27,800 bases of DNA from assembly GCA_041677685.1 (NCBI GenBank), contig JBAYPN010000010.1:1-27800 (forward strand), written 5' to 3'. The notes beneath the pieces were generated by a model. The model did not search any database, was not told where the DNA came from, and was given only the letters and a program-made list of their open reading frames with translations. The DNA comes from an archaeon. Lineage in GTDB: Archaea; Iainarchaeota; Iainarchaeia; Iainarchaeales; CSSED10-239. The translations under genes and the position numbers were made by a program. Positions 1 to 6,748 of this stretch are shown here, piece by piece (position 1 is the stretch's first letter; each line of letters begins with the position of its first letter).

Positions 1-1
1 C

Positions 2-793
2 GAAAATATGAATGAAATTGAAGCAGATGTAAATTACTTTGACGGTGTAGACCTTACAAGTGATTCTGAATACACAGCTGTATTTAAAGTTACTGAAAAT
101 TATGACGGGAATGCCGATTTCGTTTATTTCTTCATAGACCCATATACAAAAGACTTAGCTGTTAAAGATGATTATGACATTTCTGGTAGATATTATGCAC
201 AAGTTGTATATACAAATGATGTTAATGTAAGTGACGCTAATTATTCTTGGAAATTAGACCAAGACGATTCTGATAACGATATGGCTGCAGGGTATACAAA
301 CTACGGTTCATATGTAGAAGTTGACGGTTCTGAAGGTTTGATGACAGTTCCAGAAGTGAAAAGACAACTTCAAATCTTCATTGGTGGCGGATTAGGTTCA
401 TCTACTGAATTAATCGGAGACACTATTGAATTAACTACAATTGGTGCTATTGTTGAAGGAGATAATGGAACTCAAGCTCAATTAGATTCTTACGACATTA
501 CTGCTGGTGCTGTTAGTACTGAAGGTGCTGTAATACCTGGTAACTGGAATGTAAATAATAACAGATTAGTATGGTTAGATCAAGAAGCTCCAAGTACTCC
601 ATTAATTATTGTTGGTGGATACAAAGTTAATTCTCTTGCAGTTGGTACATACGGTTTAGAAGATATTGTTACAGTTTCTGGACAATATGTTGCAGGTATT
701 GCTGAAAACAACAACTTAATTGTTGCTGGTATGGATGCTGCTGACACTGCTGCTGCTGCTAAAGAATTAATTACAGCTATCGAAAACATGTAG
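2..793 (+). CDS. Surface (S-layer-like) protein, C-terminal part; the 5' end lies outside the window
   Basis: The frame is open from position 2 to the window edge, so the ATG at 8 is probably internal. The composition is acidic, Cys-free and rich in Thr/Asn/Asp/Gly/Val, as in archaeal envelope proteins. The C-terminal LIIVGGYKVNSLAVG ... NLIVAGMDAADTAAAAKELI resembles the VGGxxxN / VAGxxAxDTxxAA tail of methanococcal-type S-layer proteins. A strong oligo-T terminator follows. Confidence 0.5.
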   Translation, partial: ENMNEIEADVNYFDGVDLTSDSEYTAVFKVTENYDGNADFVYFFIDPYTKDLAVKDDYDISGRYYAQVVYTNDVNVSDANYSWKLDQDDSDNDMAAGYTNYGSYVEVDGSEGLMTVPEVKRQLQIFIGGGLGSSTELIGDTIELTTIGAIVEGDNGTQAQLDSYDITAGAVSTEGAVIPGNWNVNNNRLVWLDQEAPSTPLIIVGGYKVNSLAVGTYGLEDIVTVSGQYVAGIAENNNLIVAGMDAADTAAAAKELITAIENM

Positions 794-817
794 TTGCTTG
801 ATTGAAAACTGAAAAGA

Positions 818-850
818 TTTTTCTTTTCTTTTTTTCTTTTTCTTTTTTTT
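818..850 (+). terminator. Oligo-T termination tract downstream of the surface-protein gene
   Basis: tttttcttttctttttttctttttctttttttt begins about 25 nt after the stop codon. Runs of five or more T are the known archaeal termination signal. Confidence 0.6.
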
Positions 851-1059
851 ATTTATTTTCTAATTTATTTTGTTTTAACTTAATCTATTTGTTTTAATTC
901 TAATTTGGTTCAATTTTAATTTTACTTATTAAAAATATTTTACTTCTTTTATTAAAAAATACATTTCATTTCCTTTCTTAGAAAAAAACATTTCATTATT
1001 TGGTGTAACAAGTATAATACTTACTTGTCCAAAATAAACAAATTTTATTATTTCTTGCA

Positions 1060-1104
1060 AGTTTAGTTTTTATTAGTTTAGTTTTTGTTAGTTTAATTTT
1101 TATT
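1060..1104. repeat. Three tandem 15-bp units (agtttagtttttatt / agtttagtttttgtt / agtttaatttttatt)
   Basis: Read directly from the sequence. It lies in the long non-coding region. Confidence 0.9.
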
Positions 1105-1250
1105 ACACTTTTAATTTTTAAATTTATTTTTCTACGGTATATTTGTTTTTGTTTGCAATTCTATATTTTTATATTAAGTAAATCTATTTTGTAAATATAG
1201 CTAAATAATCTTTACATTCCTAATTTTTAGAAAGTTAACTAGTCTACCCC

Positions 1251-1292
1251 TTGACTTTTGGCAAAAGTCAACTAATGAGGTAGTTGACTTTT
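1251..1292. repeat. Two overlapping perfect inverted repeats that share one arm
   Basis: The first is TTGACTTTT(1251-1259) ggc AAAAGTCAA(1263-1271). The second is AAAAGTCAACTA(1263-1274) atgagg TAGTTGACTTTT(1281-1292). The middle arm can pair with either flank. Confidence 0.9.
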
Positions 1293-1573
1293 CACAAGTA
1301 TTATAAACTTATCTTTGATTTTTTGTTTTTATGGGTTGTTGGTGTAGCTGTTTTAGATTATTATAAATAGAATATATTTTTTAATTTATAAAAATAAGAC
1401 TGTTGAAGTAAAATACAGAAACAATATTGTTATGCCAAACCTAATAGCTGGTGTTGAAGAATATATAATCTTATCAAAATCAATATTAGGTCCTGCAGAT
1501 ATTATTAAAAATAATAGGTTAGTAATTCCAGTTTCTATTTTTTTTAAGTATTTTAGAAAACCCAAATAATTTT

Positions 1574-2347
1574 TTATAGTCTTGAAAAATCAAAATCTGT
1601 GTTGTACAGATCAAAGAAATATAGTTTAGATGTTTTTTTATCTATAAAAACATTCTTTGTAAAGCCATCTCTAACCCCTAAACTAGTTAATTGTAGATTA
1701 AGCCTATGATGCTTTTCAATTATCTGTTGTCTATTTGGTGTGTCTTTTAATAAATATTTATCAAGTCTTTGCAGATTTGTAAAATCATAAACAATTCCAC
1801 TTTCTAAAATGTTACGTCCATTTACTGTCTTTAAGTTTGTAAAACCAAGATGGGCAGGGATTACCTCTACGCCTACTTGTTTTGCAACCTCTAAAGCCAT
1901 AAACTCATTATGCCCTTTATGTAACTCAATATAAAAAGGGTGTTTTAATTTATAATCTTTTTGAGAATATAATTTTAGAAAAAGGCTTTTATTTTCCCCA
2001 TTAATTTTAATATTTATTTTAAAGCTGCCTGTGTGGGTATTATTTTGACTATCTTTAAGTTTTGTGTAATTTAATTTTTCTACTGTGAAGTTTTTTCCTT
2101 TAAAACTATTTAATTCCTTTTTTTCAAGCAGTAATTTAATTGCATTATTTAGTTCTTTATTTTTTCGTAGCTCTTTACCAAGAGGTGTGTACACAATTCT
2201 TTGAAATGGTTTTTTACTTTTTAAAAAATCTATTGCTGTGTTTCTTGAAATTGTTTTATAGGCTTTTTTTTCTACTACTTTAAGGTAAGAAGTTTCTTTT
2301 CGTGGTTTTTTAACTTTTGGTTTTATTGGTAGTGCCATATCTATCAT
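1574..2347 (-). CDS. Hypothetical protein, possibly an atypical protein-kinase-like fold
   Basis: The 257-aa ORF lies 59 nt downstream of the ATPase gene on the same strand. It shows weak kinase-like landmarks: SLFLKLY (beta3 Lys), EFMALEVAK (alphaC Glu), RDGFTKN (D-x4-N catalytic loop) and YFFDL (metal-binding Asp). These matches are by eye only. Confidence 0.6.
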   Translation of the reverse strand: MIDMALPIKPKVKKPRKETSYLKVVEKKAYKTISRNTAIDFLKSKKPFQRIVYTPLGKELRKNKELNNAIKLLLEKKELNSFKGKNFTVEKLNYTKLKDSQNNTHTGSFKINIKINGENKSLFLKLYSQKDYKLKHPFYIELHKGHNEFMALEVAKQVGVEVIPAHLGFTNLKTVNGRNILESGIVYDFTNLQRLDKYLLKDTPNRQQIIEKHHRLNLQLTSLGVRDGFTKNVFIDKKTSKLYFFDLYNTDFDFSRL

Positions 2348-2406
2348 TAATTTAATTTTTATTTTGTTTGCAATTAGGTTTTTAATAAATATTTTTCTAA
2401 AAACAT

Positions 2407-4710
2407 TTATTCTTCTCTTGATTCTTTAATTCTCTTAACAATCCTTGGAATAAATTCTTCATCATACCATTTGCTCCAAATTGTGAAAAGATCATTGTAA
2501 TCTATTTTGCCTTTACTTTCTATATACTCTTCTTTTAAAAGTAACAGTTTGTTGTGTGCAAAAACAGAATGCTCTGCTTCAAGTATGTCAACAACCCCTA
2601 ACTTTATGGAGACATCTACTTGATGTTGCTTTTCGTTTGCCCTAAGTTTTATGTTGTCCCAAATTTCTTCTATCTTCATACCAGTTACTTTTGTTATTTT
2701 TACAAACAGTTCAGAATCTTTAAGTGCATCTTCATTCAATATTAGTCCATCTTTGGATGCCTCATATTCCATAAGGTTTAGTAACCCTCCTTCAGCATCT
2801 GGATCTACATTCCAATGTTTTTTAACTTCTGTTATCTGCACAACTCTTTTGTAACTTTTTAATGATCCTTTAAACCTAATAGGCTTAGTTATAACAACTA
2901 GGTCAGTTGCCTTAAAAGAAGTTGTTGGAACCTCTAAGTCGTTAACCACTCTGTCCCAAACAGCATAGGCAGAGTCTGCGTGAATAGTCCCCATAACAAC
3001 ATTACCAGCTGCCCCAATTCTCATAGCCTCATATAGAACTTTTGCTTCTACACTTCTTACTTCTCCAACAATGATTGCTGAGTCTCCAAGTCTTAAAGCT
3101 GTTCTTAAAGCATCTTCTGGTTTTACTTCTGTTGTTGCTGTGTCATCACTTCCAATTGCTGATTTTGTTTTTAGCCTTTGAGCATTAAACCCAATGTCTT
3201 TCATGTACATTATTGGTAACTCTAAAGTGTCCTCTTGAACAATGATTCTTGCATTCTGTAAAATCTCAAGCATCATGGCAGTCATTAAAGAGGTTTTTCC
3301 TGCCCCACGAGACCCAGCTACAAGAATTGTTGTGTTGTTGTCTATAAAAAAGCTAAGTAATCCTGCCCCAAGTGCGTTAATGGACTTAACATTGATAAGT
3401 TGTGGCAAAGTCCAAGGTGTGTCTTTATGTAACCTAAAAGCAAAAGCAATCCCGTCTGTTGCAAGAGGTCTTCCAATAATTGCAACTCTTGTGTTTAGGT
3501 CAGGCATATCATAGTCTAAGATTGGGTGTGCATCATCAAATGGTCTTCCAGACATTGCTCTTATTTTTCCTACAAAGCTTTCTGCATCTCTTTCTGGATA
3601 GTGGATGTTTGTTTGACATTGTCCATATTTTGAATGTATCAGGTATATAGGTTTTGAGCCTAATGGTGAATCTAAATAAACATCTGTAAGTTGTCTATCT
3701 GATAACAATAATTCTAATATTCCATAACCAATAGTATATCTAGTAACAATCTCTGATAAAGATAAAATGTCTTCTGGAGAAATTGATATTTGATATTTTC
3801 TAGCAACATCAATAATTGTGCTTTGGTAGATTCTTTGGAAATATTTTCTTGTTGAGTCTCCACTTGTAAGGGTTACTTTTCCTGGTTGGTAGTTTGCAAC
3901 TGTTTCTTTTGTTTTTGTAAGTACAAAGTAGTGATCAGGGGATAAAGTATACTCTGGTGGATTAATAATATATTGATATTCAATTTTGTCAGGATGTTTA
4001 AAGATTTGAACACTTGTGTTTAGTACTTGATACTCATCAATAAACTCTAGCTTGTCCATGTCTCCAAAAGAGATTGTTGATCCAATAAATGCAGGTTTAA
4101 TTTCTACTTCAAATAAAGTTCTGTAGATGTCATCAAGGTTATCTAGGTTTTTACTTTTTAGTAAGATTGGTTTTAAGACTTTAATAAAGTTGGTTTTATC
4201 ATATTGTTGTTTAAGATTATTTAGATGTTTAAGATTTGCTGTATAACATTTCTCACAAGGCTTTCCTTTATTGTCTTCCCCTCTAATCCTTGTGTTTTCA
4301 AGTTCTCTAAGAAGCCCAAGGTATGAGCCAATTGGGTCGTAGCTTAAAAGATCTCTTGCAAACTTTAGAATGTTGTTGTGTCTTCCAGGATAACATTCAT
4401 CACAATCAAGATCTGAGATCCCTAAATGTGAGCTTACCCAAACTGCTTTATTTTGAAAGTCCAATAATAGGTTTATCATTTCTTTTAAGTAGTTAGTTTG
4501 TGTTTCATCATATGCTCTTTCATAGACATCAGCTAATATTATTTCGTCTGCATCAACAGTTTCTAAGATCTTCATAACATGGTATCTACATCTAGGGTCT
4601 TCTGCAACTGATGTGTTATAAGGACAGTTTCTACAATCAAAGATTAGTTTTTGTTTATTTCCTTCTTTTGAAACTATATAGTTTCCAACTGTGTATTTTC
4701 CTATCTTCAT
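2407..4710 (-). CDS. Type II/IV secretion-family ATPase (archaeal FlaI/ArlI/PilB-like) with a Cys-rich N-terminal extension
   Basis: It has Walker A GSRGAGKTS, Asp box IIVQEDTLEL, Walker B IIVGEVRSVEA and His box MGTIHADSA. The N-terminal region carries CRNC..x13..C, CDEC and CEKC motifs. At 767 aa it is larger than typical FlaI (about 540 aa). Confidence 0.85.
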   Translation of the reverse strand: MKIGKYTVGNYIVSKEGNKQKLIFDCRNCPYNTSVAEDPRCRYHVMKILETVDADEIILADVYERAYDETQTNYLKEMINLLLDFQNKAVWVSSHLGISDLDCDECYPGRHNNILKFARDLLSYDPIGSYLGLLRELENTRIRGEDNKGKPCEKCYTANLKHLNNLKQQYDKTNFIKVLKPILLKSKNLDNLDDIYRTLFEVEIKPAFIGSTISFGDMDKLEFIDEYQVLNTSVQIFKHPDKIEYQYIINPPEYTLSPDHYFVLTKTKETVANYQPGKVTLTSGDSTRKYFQRIYQSTIIDVARKYQISISPEDILSLSEIVTRYTIGYGILELLLSDRQLTDVYLDSPLGSKPIYLIHSKYGQCQTNIHYPERDAESFVGKIRAMSGRPFDDAHPILDYDMPDLNTRVAIIGRPLATDGIAFAFRLHKDTPWTLPQLINVKSINALGAGLLSFFIDNNTTILVAGSRGAGKTSLMTAMMLEILQNARIIVQEDTLELPIMYMKDIGFNAQRLKTKSAIGSDDTATTEVKPEDALRTALRLGDSAIIVGEVRSVEAKVLYEAMRIGAAGNVVMGTIHADSAYAVWDRVVNDLEVPTTSFKATDLVVITKPIRFKGSLKSYKRVVQITEVKKHWNVDPDAEGGLLNLMEYEASKDGLILNEDALKDSELFVKITKVTGMKIEEIWDNIKLRANEKQHQVDVSIKLGVVDILEAEHSVFAHNKLLLLKEEYIESKGKIDYNDLFTIWSKWYDEEFIPRIVKRIKESREE

Positions 4711-5050
4711 AATTTATTAACACATTTGTATATAAGATTACTAATATATATGTGTTTAATGTTTTTATATATTTGTGTTTTTTTAAAAAAAAGGTTTAAG
4801 AAAAAGAATTGTGTGTTTATTAATTTTTTATTTTTTTCTTTATCGTTTATATGTTTTGTACTTTTTAAACTATGGCTTGTTTTTTGATATTTTATTTTTA
4901 ACTTTACCAGCGAGAGAATTCTGTTATTTTTAATGATGTCATTGAGAGAACTATGTTTACATTTTTTCATAGCAAGTAACAGTTACTTTAATAATTGTTT
5001 TCATTATAAAGTATATATTAAATTAAAAATTATAACAATTAAGTAAAATT

Positions 5051-5089
5051 AAAAAATTTAAAAAAATTTAAAAAAATTTAAAAAAATTA
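5051..5089. repeat. Helically phased 10-bp A-tract repeat (aaaaaattta x3 plus a partial unit) in the rpa promoter region
   Basis: Read directly. It ends 19 nt before the rpa ATG, and each unit contains a TATA-like tttaaaaa. Confidence 0.85.
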
Positions 5090-5107
5090 TAAAGAAGATG
5101 AAAAATT

Positions 5108-6439
5108 ATGCAATTAAATAATGCTGACGAAATTTTTAGAAAAGTAAAAACAGAAACTGGAAAATCAGAGGAAGAATTACAAGCAAACCTTATTAAGATA
5201 AAAGACAAATACCAAGGGCTACTTTCTGATGTTGGAGCAAACATCATGCTTGCCAAACAATTTAATGTTGACCTAAATATAACGTCAACTCCCTCAATCT
5301 TAAAAATATCAGAACTTACAAGCTCTCAAGATGGTGTAAGCCTTTATGCAAGAGTAAAGTTTATTCCACCAGTAAAGACATACACAGGAAAGGATGGAAG
5401 TCAAGGAAAACTACAAACCATCTATCTACAAGATGGAACTGGTGAAACTAAATTAAATCTTTGGCAAGAAAAAGCAGATCTACTTTCAGAACTTAACTTA
5501 GAAAAGAATTCTTTAGTTCTAGTAAAAGATGCTTTTGTTTCCACTTATAATGATAGATTAGACCTTTCTCTAAGACATGGTGGAACACTTATAAAAGATC
5601 CAGAAAACCCACCATTAATAGAAAAAATAAAAGAAAACTTTAAAGAGGTCTCAGACATTGAACAAGTAGAAGAAAACCCAATTGACACTATTGGAAGAAT
5701 AATAAACATCTACCCAATCAATACCTTTGAAGGAAAAGATGGAAAGAAAAGAGAAGTTCTTTCTTTTGAAATATCAGATGGTCTAAAGTCTCTAAGATGT
5801 GTGGCTTGGGAACCTTGGACTCAGGAGATTAATTCTAATTTCTCAAAAGGAGATGTAATTAAGTTAACAGATGTTAGACTAAAAGAGGGATTGTATGATA
5901 TTGAAGCCTACCTTAACTGGACTTCTTCAGTTATAAAAAACCCAAAAACTTCTAAAAAGATACCTCCCCTAGACCAAATCCTAGCTTTAAGTAAAGATCT
6001 AGAAGAAGGAAAGATAAGCGAACTACAAGATGGTAAAAATTATAAGCTTGAAGGTCTAATAGTCTCAATTAACAGAAACAACATAAGATATTTTAAATGT
6101 CCAGAATGTAATGAAAAAGTACAAATTATAAATAATGAATTTATTTGTGAAAGATGTAATAAAGTAATTGATCCTCAAGTAAATCTATTTGGTTCCTTGG
6201 ACATTGATGATGGTTCTGGTATTTTAAAAATTGTTTTCTTTAAAGATGTTGTTGAAAAAATATATGATCTAAATAAAGATAATTTCAAACAAGAGATCTT
6301 AGAGGAACAAAAGCTAGAGATCTTTGATAAACTTGAAGATAAGTTACTAGGTGAGAAAGTAAAAGTTACAGGTAGAGCAAAACTAAATAATTTTTCTTCC
6401 CAAATTGAACTTTTATGTGACTCAGTTGAGCTAATCTAA
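5108..6439 (+). CDS. rpa: Replication protein A-like ssDNA-binding protein (multiple OB folds plus a C4 zinc finger)
   Basis: It contains repeated OB-fold-like blocks (VSLYARVKFI..., IDTIGRIINIY..., YKLEGLIVSI...). A CPECNEKV-x9-CERCNK zinc ribbon is embedded in the last OB fold, as in RPA70 DBD-C and archaeal RFA. It lies immediately upstream of mcm. Confidence 0.75.
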   Translation: MQLNNADEIFRKVKTETGKSEEELQANLIKIKDKYQGLLSDVGANIMLAKQFNVDLNITSTPSILKISELTSSQDGVSLYARVKFIPPVKTYTGKDGSQGKLQTIYLQDGTGETKLNLWQEKADLLSELNLEKNSLVLVKDAFVSTYNDRLDLSLRHGGTLIKDPENPPLIEKIKENFKEVSDIEQVEENPIDTIGRIINIYPINTFEGKDGKKREVLSFEISDGLKSLRCVAWEPWTQEINSNFSKGDVIKLTDVRLKEGLYDIEAYLNWTSSVIKNPKTSKKIPPLDQILALSKDLEEGKISELQDGKNYKLEGLIVSINRNNIRYFKCPECNEKVQIINNEFICERCNKVIDPQVNLFGSLDIDDGSGILKIVFFKDVVEKIYDLNKDNFKQEILEEQKLEIFDKLEDKLLGEKVKVTGRAKLNNFSSQIELLCDSVELI

Positions 6440-6454
6440 AGAAAATAACCTCAA

Positions 6455-6533
6455 TTTTGTTTATTTTTCAAGCTTACCCCCTCACTTCCGGTAATATTCT
6501 CTAAATTTCTTAATTTTTTTGTTTATTTTTCAA
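6455..6533. repeat. Perfect 17-mer TTTTGTTTATTTTTCAA present twice (6455-6471 and 6517-6533)
   Basis: Read directly. It lies in the rpa-mcm intergenic region. Confidence 0.9.
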
Positions 6534-6591
6534 AGCCGACTTACTTATATTTTATTTTACTTATAATTTAAATAGAATCTTTGAATTTTTT

Positions 6592-6625
6592 AAACAATCC
6601 AAACAAATAAACAATCCAAACAAAA
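6592..6625. repeat. Tandem 17-bp repeat aaacaatccaaacaaa(t/a) x2
   Basis: Read directly. It contains AAATAAACAA, the reverse complement of the TTGTTTATTT core of the 17-mer upstream. Confidence 0.9.
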
Positions 6626-6650
6626 AATGTAAAAGATCAAAAACAATCAA

Positions 6651-6691
6651 GTAGATGACCTTGAGAGGAGTTTCTTTTCTTGGTCAACTAC
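6651..6691. promoter_or_regulatory. Imperfect inverted repeat GTAGATGACC - 21 nt - GGTCAACTAC, about 60 nt upstream of mcm
   Basis: The arms are 10 bp with one mismatch. The right arm contains GTCAACTA followed by CCCCT, the same motifs seen at 1234-1292. Confidence 0.5.
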
Positions 6692-6748
6692 CCCTCCAAA
6701 AACTATTAATTCCTAAATAACACTAATTTATATTAGAGTGAGAACTTT

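Noticed and set aside
794-1573. Replication origin (oriC) call for the long non-coding region
   Set aside because: It was kept as a hypothesis within a finding but not annotated as a feature. No orc1/cdc6 gene is adjacent, the repeats do not resemble known ORB or mini-ORB consensus sequences, and GC-skew cannot be evaluated from one window.
580-3514. Antisense ORFs 580-789(-), 2651-2854(+) and 3242-3514(+)
   Set aside because: Each is fully embedded opposite a well-supported CDS (the surface protein or the secretion ATPase) and shows shadow-frame composition.
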